A stretch of DNA of 64,000 bases. It comes from Raja brachyura. Lineage: Eukaryota. A model generated the notes under the pieces. The model did not search any database and was not told where the DNA came from. It worked only from the letters and a program-made list of their open reading frames with translations. The stretch spans positions 2,356,001-2,420,000 of the forward strand of contig OY740807.1 in assembly GCA_963514005.1 (NCBI GenBank). The letters run 5' to 3'. The translations under genes and the position numbers were made by a program. This document shows positions 50,595-62,000 of the stretch, in pieces (position 1 is the stretch's first letter; every line of letters begins with the position of its first letter).

Positions 50595-52712
50595 AATGGA
50601 AGACATTTAAAGACTGCATGGATGAACTAAAAAAAATGTTCATCCCAGTTTGGCAAAGAATAGATCAGGGAAGGTAGTGCATCCATGGATAACAAGGGAA
50701 ATCAGGCATAGTATCAAAGCAAAGGATGATGTGTACAAAGTAGCCAGAAAAAGCAGCATACCAGAGGACTGGGAGAAATTCAGAGACCAGCAGAGGAGGA
50801 CAAAGGGCTTGATTAGGAAAGGAAAAATAGATTATGAAAGAAAACTGGCAGGGAACATAAAAACTGACTGCAAAGTTTTATAGATATGTGAAGAGAAAGA
50901 GATTAATTAAAACAAATGTAGGTCCCTTGCAGTCAGTAACAGGCGAGTTGATCATGGGGAACAAGGATATGGCGGACCAATTGAATAACTACTTTGGTTC
51001 CGTCTTCACTAAGGAAGACATAAATAATCTGCTGGAAATAGCAGGGGACCGTGGGTCAAAGGAGGACTTGAGTGAAATCCAGGTTAGTCGGGAAGTGGTG
51101 GTGGGTAAATTGAATGGATTAAAGGCCGATAAATCCCCAGGGCCAGATAGGCTGCATCCCAGAGTACTTAAGGAAGTAGCTCCGGAAATAGTGGATGCAT
51201 TAGTGATAATCTTTCAAAACTCTTTAGATTCTGGAGTAGTTCCTGAGGATTGGCGGGTAGCAAATGTAACTCCCCTTTTTAAGAAGGGGGGGAAAGAGAA
51301 AACGGGGAATTACAGACCAGTTAGTCTAACATCGGTAGTGGGGAAACTTCTAGAGTCAGTTATTGAAGATGGGATAGCAGCACATTTGGAAAGTGGTGAA
51401 ATCATTGGACAAAGTCAGCATGGATTTACGAAAGGTAAATCATGTCTGACGAATCTTGTGGAATTTTTCGAGGATGTAACTAGTAGCATGGATAGGGGAG
51501 AACTAGTGGATGTGGTGTATCTGGACTTCCAGAAGGCTTTCAACAAGGTCCCACATAAGAGATTAGTATATAAACTTAAAGCATACGGCATTGGGAGTTC
51601 AGTAATGATGTGGATAGAGAACTGGCTGGCAAACAGGAAGCAAAGAGTAGGAGTAAACGGGTCGTTATCACAATGGCAGGCAGTGACTAGTGGGGTACCG
51701 CAAGGCTCAGTGCTGGGACCCCAGCTATTTACAATATACATTAATGATCTGGATGAGGGAATTGAAGGCAATATCTCCAAGTTTGCAGATGACACTAAGC
51801 TGGGGGGCAGTGTTAGCTGTGAGGAGGATGCTAGGAGACTGCAGGGTGACTTGGATAGGCTGGGTGAGTGGGCAAATGTTTGGCAGATGCAGTATAATGT
51901 GGATAAATGTGAGCTTATCCACTTTGGTGGCAAAAATAGGAAAACAATTATCTAAATGGAGGCCGATTAGGAAAAGGGGAAATGCAGCACAACCTGGGTG
52001 TCATGGTACACCGGTCATTGAAAGTAGGCATGCAGGTGCAGCAGGCAGTGAAGAAGGCGAATGGTATGTTAGCTTTCATAGGAAAAGGATTTGGGTATAG
52101 GAGCTGGGAGGTTCTACTTCAGTTGTATAGGGTCTCGGTGAGACTACACCTGGAGTATTGCGTACATTTCTGGTCTCCAAATCTGAGGAAGGATATTATT
52201 GCCATAGAGGGAGTGCAGAGAAGGTTCACCAGACTGATTCCTGGGATGTCAGGACTGTCTTATGAACAAAGACTGCATAGACTCAGTTTATACTCTCTAG
52301 AATTTAGGAGATTGAGAGGCGATCTTATAGAAACTTACAAAATTCTTAAGGGTTGGACAGGCTAGACGCAGGAAGATTGTTCCCGATGTTGGGGAAGTCC
52401 AGGACAAAGGGTCACAGCTTAAGGAAAAGGGGGAAATCCTTTTGGACCGAGATGAGAAGGACTTTTTTCACACAGAGAGTGGTGGGTCTCTGGAACTCTC
52501 TGCCACAGAGGGTAGTTGAGGCCAGTTCATTGGCTATATTTAAGAGGGAGTTAGTTGTGGCCCTTGTGGCTAAGGGGATCAGAGGGTATGGACAAAAGGC
52601 AGGTACGGGATACTGAGTTGGATGATCAGCCATGATCATATTGAATGGCGGTGCAGGCTCGAAGGGCCGAATGGCCTACTCCTGCACCTAATTTCTATGT
52701 TTCTATGTTTCT
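50595..52712 (+). mobile_element. 5'-truncated CR1
   Basis: RT ORFs 50888-51955, 51982-52365, 52353-52616; ATGTTTCT tail. Confidence 0.93.
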
Positions 52713-53257
52713 ATTTTCGATGCTCGGCCCACAGCTTACAACCAAATGTGACTAGCCCGGCATGCCAACTTGGTCGGAGGGGTAAGGTGACCTGAAGGGC
52801 CTGTTTCTGTGATGTGCTGCTCTATAATTTAATGACTGGTCTCAATAAAAAACGCTGTTTATCCGGTTGGAATTTCTTACCTCATGACACAAGTCTTTGC
52901 ACCCTGACAATCTCCATATTTTTATTTACACTTCTCTAACCATTCATTGAGACTTACGGCACATACAATATCGGTATGCAGCATTAAACTCGGCATCCTG
53001 ACTTTCCTTATACTTTACACCCAATCTCCAGCTCCCACCTTCTCCTCAATCATCAACCCCAATGAAATGGCTTCACCCAACCCCTCAGACACCCATTTCA
53101 CCTCATGATCGTTTGTGTGGGCATTCATTGAATTATTTGTGAGAGTCTGCGGTTGTAACTCACATCGCGTGTGTCTAATTAATGAACCGATCAATAAATG
53201 CTCATGTATTAACAAAATAAAGCCCTGTCTTTAATAGGACCATTCACAGCCCGGTGG

Positions 53258-54615
53258 TAGACAAAAATGCTGGAGAAACTCAACGGGTGAGGCAGCATCT
53301 ATGGAGCGAAGGAGATAGGCAAAGTTTCGGGTCGAGACCCTTCTTCAGACTGATGTGAGGGTGGGGGGCGGGAAGAAGAAAAGAAGAAATGTATAGGCGG
53401 AGACAGTGGGTTTGAGGGAGAGCTGAGAAGGGGAGGAGAAAGCAGGGACTGCCTGAAACTGGAGGTCAATGTTCAAACCACTGGGGTGTAAACTGCCCAA
53501 GCGAAATATGAGGTGCTGCTCCTCCAATTTATGGTGGGCCTTACTTTGGCCATGGAGGAGGCCAAGGACTGAAAGGTCAGATTCGGAATGGGAGAGCGAG
53601 TTGAAGTGCTGATCCACCGGGAGATAAGGTTGGTTAATGCGAACCGAGCGGAGGTGTTGGGCGAAGCGATCGCCAAGCCTACGCTTGGTCTCGCCAATGT
53701 AGAGCAGCTGACACCTATAGCAGCGGATGCAATAGATGAGGTTGGAGGAGGTGCAGGTGAATCTCTGCCGCACCTGGAAAGACTGCTTGGGTCCTTGAAT
53801 GGAGTCGAGGGGGGAGGTAAAGCTACAAGTGTAGCATTTCCTGCAGTTGCAAGGGAAAGTGCCAGGAGAGGGGGTGGTTTGGGTGGGATGGGATGAATTG
53901 AGCAGGGTTACAGAGGGTGCGGTCTCTGTGGAAAGCAGACAGGGGAGGAGATGGGAAGATGTGGCCAGTGGTGGGATCCCGTTAGAGGTGGCGAAAAAGT
54001 CGGAGAATTATTTGTTGTTTGTGACGGCTGGTAGGGTGGAAGGCGAAGACAAGGGGGACTCTACCCTTGTTACGAGTGGGCGGTTGGGGAATGAGAGCAG
54101 AGTTATGGGGTATAGAAGAGACCCTGGTGAGAGCCTCATCTATAGTAGAAGAGGGGAAGCCCCGTTCCCTGACGAATGAGGACACCTCTGATGCCCTGGA
54201 GTGGAACACCTCATCCTGGGAGCAGATGCCGCGAAGACGGAGGAATTGGGAGTGGGAGATGGAGTCCTAACAGGAAGCGGGGGGAGAAGAAGCTTAGTCC
54301 AGATACCCATGGGACTCAGTGGGTTTATAGTAGATGTCGGTCAGTAAGTAGATGTACTGGCCGACACCCACTGACCCCTATGGCTATCTAGACTGCACTT
54401 CTCCAATTCCAGGTAGTCCCTGCTTTCTCCTCACCTTCTCAGCTCTCTTTCAGCCTACTGTCTTCGCCTCTTCCTTTCTTGTCCCCCCCCCCGCCCTCTG
54501 GACCCGAAACGTTGCCTATTTCCTTCGCTCCATAGATGCTGCCTCACCCGCTGGGTTTCTCCAGCATTTTTGTCTACCTTCGATTTTCCAGCATCTGCAG
54601 TTTATTCAGAAACAT
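53258..54615 (-). mobile_element. Penelope-like element with inverted 5' piece
   Basis: GIY-YIG ORF 53345-53773 (YCIRC..YIGETKRRLGDRF..H), TDIYYKPT at about 54340, inverted pLTR-like copy 54352-54615. Confidence 0.88.
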
Positions 54616-54895
54616 TCACAACCCGGTGATCAGCTCTTGTGTACTTTAGTGTTCACCCATTAGGCCCTCAGTAGCGAATGCTTCCCGAGAGATAGCGTCA
54701 CACTTACTGAGTTCTGAGAACTTCGTTCATTTATAGCGGCAACTGCAAACAAGCAACTGCAGATGCTGGTTTACCATGGAAAGGCATTGGTAATGGGTCG
54801 GATAGCATCCATGGAGAACATGGATAGGTGACGGGGGTACACAAAAGGCTGGAGAAACTCAGCGGGTGAAGCAGCATCTACGGAGCGCAGGAGAT

Positions 54896-54927
54896 AGGTG
54901 ACGTTTCGGGTCGAGACCCTTCTTCAG
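54896..54927 (-). ncRNA. Minimal hammerhead ribozyme-like motif
   Basis: CUGAAGA-A-GGGU(CUCG)ACCC-GAAAC-GUC; stems I and III minimal. Confidence 0.55.
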
Positions 54928-55397
54928 CGTTTAGGTTCGTAAACTCGGTTAAAATCTAACCGAGTTTTCACCTACCCACGTGTTCCGTGGATGGTTCAGA
55001 GCGGAAGAGTCCAGCTCCGTGTTTCGTGTGTGTGTCCCCGCCCCCAAATTTGACTAAAGAGCGGCGAGATTGTGCATCTGGCATCCAGAGGGAGCGGTGG
55101 GGGGGGGGGGGTAGGTGGGAAATGGGGAGCAGGATAAACACGTGAGGTTGCGATGGAGGTAGGGGAGACGGGACGCAGAATAGAGGGACCGGCAGACGGC
55201 GGGAGAGGGGGGAAGAGGTCGGTGCGGGACACAGTGTGCTATTGATCAAGAGGAGCAGAATGAGCCGTTTGAGCGGAACTGGTTGTAGTTGTGAATAAGG
55301 CGGCTCCTGGTCGCCAGGTCTTTGCGCCAAACCCCTCAAAGTACTGCGAGGAACCGCGTGAAAATAGACCAATGGAATCACACCGCAGTTTTTCCTT

Positions 55398-55403
55398 TTT
55401 ATT
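55398..55403 (-). terminator. Probable polyadenylation signal of the IgL gene
   Basis: AATAAA on the minus strand about 270 nt after the C-exon stop. Confidence 0.65.
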
Positions 55404-55670
55404 AAGAGCTGCGATACACCAGATCCAATCACAACACGGTTACTGTCTACGTGGGAATCTCCCCCCACTCTGCAGCCAGAGGCAGGAAAACACAGGGGAC
55501 AAATCGACAAAGAAATTCGCACTGATCTCTGAGATAATTACATATTCGTGTTGTTCCCAGAAGTGGACATTGCTATAGGTTACATTGCTCAAGGTGGCGG
55601 CAGACCACAGTGAAGCTCTCTCTGTGTTAAACATAGCAGAGAATTGGCAGCCGATGCCAATGGCACGAAC

Positions 55671-55999
55671 TCAGTTCGCGCAGGTGGACGACGAGACGGT
55701 GTGTCGCAGAGGCGAGCTGAGCGAGCTATGTCCGACGCTGCAGGAATAGCTGGAGCCCTTGTCCCATGCGGCGGCGGGGACCCGCAGGTAACTGCTCAGC
55801 CTGTACGTCTGTTCGGCGTCCGGGGACACGGCGCCCGACGTCACCCCGCTCTCCGTCTCCACGCCGTCCACGGCCCAGCGCAGCGCCACGAAGCCCGGCT
55901 TAAAGCCGCTCACCAGGCAGCTGAGTGTGGCCGAGCCCGTGCCAGTTTCATCCGGAGACGGAGGGAGCAGGAGAAGTGAGGGCTTCCGAGACTCGCTAC
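55671..55999 (-). CDS. Ig light chain type I constant exon
   Basis: Acceptor TCTCCACACACAG|GT. SESRKPSLLLLPPSP..ATLSCLVSGFKPG..W..YRLSSYLRVPAAAWDKGSSYSCSVGHSSL..STCAN*: a C1-set domain with a near-terminal Cys. The three exons total 49+360+329=738 nt, giving an open 245-aa protein. Confidence 0.96.
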
Positions 56000-56116
56000 C
56001 TGTGTGTGGAGAGGCGGAGGAGAAGAGAAACATTAGTTGATGGAGACCGTCGGCAGCGCCACACACCGACCCCAACGCGAGAGAAACGAACTCGGCCACG
56101 GAAAGTGTCAGTGACT

Positions 56117-56440
56117 GGGCGGCGCGGTGGTGCAGCGCTGGAGCAACTGTCTTACAGCGCCAGGGAGCCGGGTCGGATCCTAAATATAGGTGCATGTCTG
56201 TACGGAGTTTGTACGTTTATCACCGTGACGTGTGTGCGTTGGTTTTCTACGAGATCTTCGGTTTCCTCCCGCACCCCTAAGACGTACAGTTGTGTAGGTT
56301 AATTGACTTGGTATCAATGTAAAATTGTCCCTAGTGTGTGTAGGGTAGTGTTCGTTTGCGGGGATCTTTGGTCGGTGTGGACTCGGTGGCCGAAGGGCCT
56401 GTTTTCGGGCTGTCTCTAAAACTAGAACTAAAACTAAAAG
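56117..56440 (+). mobile_element. tRNA-derived V-SINE (HE1-like) in the J-C intron
   Basis: A/B-box head, V-domain GGAGTTTGTACGTT..GGTTTCCTCCC, CR1-like tail GAAGGGCCTGTTT, (CTAAAA)n. Confidence 0.82.
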
Positions 56441-56579
56441 ACCGTCATCACCCCGGCCCCGTCCCCGTCCCTCCACCTGGCGCCGCTCGGCTTTACGTCG
56501 CTCTGTCGAGACGACTTCATTGCGGGGTTCAATAATTCCCCAGCTCTGGAATTCGCTCGAATGTGAATTTGCGAATGTA

Positions 56580-56902
56580 GCTATTTTAGGAGACACAGCA
56601 TGGAAACTGGCCCTCCGGCCCACCGAGTCCACACTGACCATTATTACCCGTTCACACTAGTTCTATGATATCCGCTTCTCGCCCACTCCCCGTACACTCG
56701 GGGCAATTCACCGACGGGCAATTAACCTCCAAACCCGCACGTCTTTGGGATGTGGGGGGGGGGGGGACCGGAGCAATCGCACGGGGTCACAGGGAGAACT
56801 TGCAAACCCCACACAGACAGCACCCGAGGTCAGGCTCGAACCGGGGAATCTGGCGCAGTGAGGCAACATATCTACCATTGAGCCAATGTGCCGCACCCAC
56901 TT
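56580..56902 (-). mobile_element. Second V-SINE, opposite orientation
   Basis: Head GGCACATTGGCTCAATGG..GGTTCGAGCC, V-domain, same tail. Confidence 0.8.
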
Positions 56903-57429
56903 TAAGGAGTTATGGCGGGAAGTACCGGTACCGGAGAGGCCTCCGGATATCCAACACTCCCTGTCAAGTGACGCAAGGGGAGCGGCGGGACGCAGCGCGG
57001 CTCCGCAAACCATTGAGAGGTGAAGAGACGAGGAAGCGACCGGTTCATCCCGGATTACACCCCGAGCCCGCACCAACACGTCCTTTCCCGCTACACTCTC
57101 TAACCGACTTGCCCAACCCGCTGCACAGTATTTCCCTCAATGTCATTCATCAGAATGCCTGCAAATTGTCTTCCTTGTTTCCCCAACATTAACGCGTTTG
57201 ATTGTCGCAAACTGCGACTTGTGTTAACGATGCAGGAATCCCCGCGGGCTAGCGTTCCCCGCAGGCGGGAATACTCTCCCGACCGCTGACATACGGCGCG
57301 GACCCGATGGGCAGAATGGCCTCCCGCGCCGAGTAGAGGCAGAGCAAGTTTTTCCGGAGCGTTCCCGGACTGGGGAATGAGAACGACTGCAAAGGGGATT
57401 CATGGGAACAGAACGAGGGAGTCACTTAC

Positions 57430-57789
57430 TCTTTATATCCAGGATACTCCCAGGGCTGAAGATGTATCCCACGTTGTTTTCCCACACTGCACAGTAGTAG
57501 ACGGCGGCGTCTCTGGGCTCCAGGGTGCCGATGGTCAGGATGTAGCTGTTGGCGGAGGTATCTCTGGACGGTTGGAACCGGTCTGTGATCCCACTGCCAC
57601 GGAATATATCATTATTCGTTTTATACCTTATCACCCGCTCTGGTCTCTCCCCGGGACGCTGTCGATACCAAGTTACAGTGTAACTTGCAACATTTCCGTT
57701 CTGCATCCGACACTCTAAGCGGACGGTTTGTGCCGCGGAGACAGGTCCGGACGTTGGGGTCTGATTCAGGACTGGGATCGCCAGGAGAC
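57430..57789 (-). CDS. Ig light chain type I, germline-joined VJ exon
   Basis: Acceptor TTTTGTTGAAG|GT and donor A|GTAAGT. Encodes GLLA-IPVLNQTP..LECRMQNG..WYRQRPG..DRFQPSRDTSANSYILTIGTLEPRDAAVYYCAVWENNVGYIFSPGSILDIK. V runs directly into J with no RSS. Resembles shark/skate type I VL as I recall it. Confidence 0.95.
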
Positions 57790-58171
57790 CTTCAACAAAA
57801 CACAATGAAAACCTTAATCAAAGCCTCAGAACTAATGGACATTCCTTTAGAATGAGATGATGAAGAGTTTCTTTAGTCCAAGGGAGGTGAATTAATTGCC
57901 ACAGACGGCGGTTTAGGCCAAGCTAAGGCAGAGATAGATAGATCCGTGTTTCGTACGGGTGACAGGGGTTATGGGGAGAAGGCAGGAGAATGGGGTTAGG
58001 AGAAAGAGATAGATCAGATAGAGATTGAATGGCCCGTCACTTATGGACAGATGAAACGACTGGGTGATCTGGAGCCCACAGAAGGTTAGACACGCGTAGA
58101 GCACCGACGATGGTGGAGATTTTAACGAGCCTCGTTGCAGATAATCAGTCGTGAACCAACCCGAGTCTCAC

Positions 58172-58220
58172 CTGCTGGGAGCAGCAGCAGAGGCCACAGG
58201 AGGTACAGCGCTGGGGCCAT
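58172..58220 (-). CDS. Ig light chain type I (sigma-cart/NS5), leader exon
   Basis: ATG at 58220 encodes MAPALYLLWPLLLLPA+G (hydrophobic signal peptide). 49 nt, followed by donor G|GTGAGA (phase 1). Too short for the ORF track. Confidence 0.92.
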
Positions 58221-58319
58221 TCTTCCGGACAGGCGAACACCAAATCTTCAGACCCACTCGTGTTGTACTGCAAAGTCCGGGAGCCGCTCGGGGTCCAGTG
58301 TCTGGAAACCAGAGCCTCT

Positions 58320-58425
58320 GGTTGTCTTTATTAACCGGAATGTAATGAGTGGGAGGGGCCAGGAAACCTGTGTGGGCGGAGACTGATTTCCGGCGCTTTC
58401 GAATCTGCTGGCGGCAAATTAAATG
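58320..58425 (-). promoter_or_regulatory. Putative IgL promoter
   Basis: TATA-like TTAATAAA (58327-58334) about 105 nt upstream of the ATG, GGAA (ETS-like) cores, and a degenerate octamer ATTTGCCG near 58412-58419. Confidence 0.35.
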
Positions 58426-58539
58426 TCGTTTAATTCTTATTGAAATTAATTTATTAGCCAAGTATGTAAACATACCAGGAATTTGATTTGCCAACAATCA
58501 TTCAAAAAACAACAAGATACATAACCACATACAAATTAC

Positions 58540-58900
58540 ACATCGACTTAAACAGCCACCACAGCGGTGTGTGAGAATCCCCAGGGCCACAGCATAAGCG
58601 GAGACCCAAAGCCATCAGTTCAATGTCCGGGCCACACACGCGCTCCTTCACCGTGATGTGACCAGAGTTGTACCGACCGCAGTCACTCTCTCTGCAGTCC
58701 CTGTCCGCCCGAACCGTCCCGTCCACACTCGCAGACTCCGGGATGTCCTCACGGAGCCATGTCCCTGCAAAACACCGAGATCACTGAGCTCACGGCACTG
58801 CCTCCGAGTCCTCACCAGTGCAGGCAGCAAGTCCATCTTGTTTTTCCGGCGACCTCACATTCCCCACTGTGATGGAAGTCAAATAACTTATCCCTAATTT
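58540..58900 (-). mobile_element. Degenerate Rex1-like endonuclease fragment upstream of the IgL promoter
   Basis: RADRDCRES..GHITVKERVCGPDIELMALGLR. Confidence 0.6.
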
Positions 58901-59056
58901 TCTCCCAGCTCCGCGATGTTAAAGCCGTTGTGCAGACGAGATACGTTGAAAAAGTCGCATCTCCGTCGAGGAAAGAGATTTTAAAAAATGGTCCCCCCCC
59001 CCCCCCCACATAATACAAAATGGATGTACATTAAAAATGTATGTACAGAGGAGATT

Positions 59057-62000
59057 TAGAAACATAGAAACATAGAAAATAGGTGCAGGAGTAGGCCATT
59101 CGGCCCTTCGAGCCTGCACCGCCATTCAATGTGATCATGGCTGATCATCCAACTCAGTATCCCGTACCTGCCTTCTCTCCATACCCCCTGATCCCTTTAG
59201 CCACAAGTGCCACATCTAACGCCCTCTTAAATATAGCCAATGAACTGGCCTCAACTACCTTCTGTGGCAGAGAATTCCAGAGACTCACCACTCTCTGTGT
59301 AAAGAATGTTTTCCTCATTTCGGTCCTAAAGGAATTCCCCCTTATCCTTGGACTGTGACCCCTTGTTCTGGACTCCCCCAACATCGGGAACAATCTTCCA
59401 GCATCTAGCTTGTCCAACCCCTTAAGAATTTTGTAGGTTTCTATAAGATCCCCCCTCAATCTTCTAAATTCCATCGAGTACAAACCGAGTCTATCCAATC
59501 TTTCCTCATATGAAAGTCCTGACATCCCAGGACTAGAATGTTGCCTGAGTTCCAGCAACTAAGTTACAGAGAAAGGTTGAACAAGTTAGGTCTTTATTCT
59601 TTGGAGTGCAGAAGGTTAAGGGAGGACTTGATTGAGGTCTTTAAAATGATTAAAGGGATAGACAGTTGACGTGGATAAGCTTTTCCCACTGAGGGTAGGG
59701 AAGATTCAAACAAGAGGGCATGACATGAGAATTAAGGGACAGAAGTTTAGGGGTAACATGAGGGGGAACTTCTTTACTCAGAGAGTGGTGGCTGTGTGGA
59801 ATGATCTTCCAGCAGAAGTGGTGGAGGCAGGATCGATTTTAACATTTAAAAGTAAAGTGGATAGGTATATGGACGGGAAGGGAATGGAGGGGTATGGTCT
59901 GGGTGCAGGTAGATGGGGCTAGGGAAAAATAAATGGTCGGCACGGCCTGGAAATTCTCAGAAATTTTTCAAAATTCCTTAGATTCTGGAGTAGTTCCTGA
60001 GGAGTGGAGGGTAGCTAATGTAATCCCACATTTAAAAAAAAGGAGGGAGAGAGAAAGCGGGGAATTACAGACCAGTTGCCTAACATCGGTAGTGGGGAAA
60101 CTGCTAGAGTCAGTTATTAAAAATGGGATAGCAGCGCATTTTGAAAGTGGTGAAATCATTGGACAACGTCAGCATGGATTTACGAAAGGTAAATCATGTC
60201 TGACAAATCTGATAGAATTTTTCGAGGATGTAACTAGTAGAGTGGATAAGGGAGAACCAGTGGATGTGTTATATCTTATATATAGGCTTTCAGAAGGCTT
60301 TCGACAAGGTCCCGCATACAAACTTAAAGAGATTAGCATACAAACTTAAAGCACACGGTATTGGGGGTTCAGTATTGATGTGGATAGAGAACTGGCAAGC
60401 AGACAGGAAGCAAAGGGTAGGAGTAAACGGGCACTTTTCAGAATGGCAGGCAGTGACGAGTGGGGTATCGCAAGGCTCAGTGCTGGGACCCCAGCTATTT
60501 ACAATATATATTAATGATTTGGACGAGGGAAATCAATGTAACATCTCCAAATTTGCAGATGACACCAAGCTGGGGGGTATAGTTAGGTGTGAGGAGGATG
60601 CTTGGAGGCTGCAGGGTGATTTGGATAGGCTGAGTGAATGGGCAGATGCATGGCAGATGCAGTACAATGTGGATAAATGTGAGGTTATCCACTTTGGTGG
60701 CAAAAACATGGGGGTAGACTATTATCTGAATGGTGTCAGATTAGGAAAAGGGGAGATGCAACGAAACCTGGGTGTCATGGTACACCAGTCATTGAATGTA
60801 GGCATGCAGGTGCAGCAGGCAGTGCAGAAAGCAAACGGTATGTTTGCATTCATAGCGAAAGGATTTGAGTATAGGAGCAGGGAGGTTCTAGTGCAGTTGT
60901 ACAGGGTTTTGGCGATGCCACACCTGGAGTATTGCGTACAGTTTTGGTCTCCAAATCTGAGGAAAGACTTTCTTGCCATTGAGGGGGTACAGAGAAGATT
61001 CACCAGACTGATTCCTGGGATGTCAGGACTTTCATATGAGGAAAGACTGGATAGACTCGGCTTGTACTCGCTGGAATTTAGAAGATTGAGGGGGGATCTT
61101 ATAGAAACGTACATAATTCTTAAGGGGTTGGACAAGCTAGATGCTGGAAGATTGTTCCCGATGTTGGGGGAGTCCAGAACAAGGGGTCACAGTCTAAGGA
61201 TAAGGGGGAATTCCTTTAGGAAAGATGAAGAAAACATTCTTTACACAGAGAGTGGTGAGTCTCTGGAATTCTCTGCCACAGAAGGTAGTTGAGGCCAGTT
61301 CATTGGCTATATTTAAGAGGGCGTTAGATGTGGCACTTGTGGCTAAAGGGATCAGGGGGTATGGAGAGAAGGCAGGTACGGGATACTGAGTTGGATGATC
61401 AGCCATGATCACATTGAATGGCGGTGCAGGCTCGAAGGGCCGAATGGCCTACTCCTGCACCTATTTTTCTATGTTTCTATGAGAAGGCCTGTTTCCGTGC
61501 TCTAATTGTTATATGATTATATGATTATAAAAACATACAAGTAAACACAAAACAAAACAGCAACCTCTAGCCTGAAAACGTTTCATCTTTGGTTGGACAC
61601 AGAGCATAGTACAATGCAGCACAGAAATAGGCCCTTCGGCCCGCAATGCACAAGTCTCTTACCGCTAAATTTCGTATCCGCGATTAAATATAAACCAATC
61701 GTCAAATTTTGAATCTTCAACTACAGGTTTAATCTCCGGCTTCAGCTTCAGGCTGGTGAAGATTTTATTAATATCAGGGTAGAATGGTTTCAGACATTCG
61801 GATTGGTTATTGTGGTCTGAGCCGGCGGGCCATTCAGTCCATCGCTTCTATCCCACCGGTCGATGAGATCAAAGTTGCTCCGCATCATATTGATCAACCC
61901 CGCGCAAACACTCTCTGCCCGCAGCGAAACTGTCTCATCAATGAACAGGTTCAGATCTGGGATTGGGAAAACCTTGCAGGAAACCAGACGCATCTGTACT

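Noticed and set aside
56000-56195. N-terminal extension of the 174-aa C-region ORF
   Set aside because: Intron and SINE sequence upstream of the acceptor at 56000-56001
56117-56902. tRNA genes
   Set aside because: tRNA-like heads continue into a V-domain and LINE tail, so these are SINEs
1747-61412. Recurrent small ORFs such as MIMADHPTQYPVPAF and MPPKWITSHL
   Set aside because: Antisense shadows of CR1 ORF2 and 3' UTR, repeated only because the LINE is repeated
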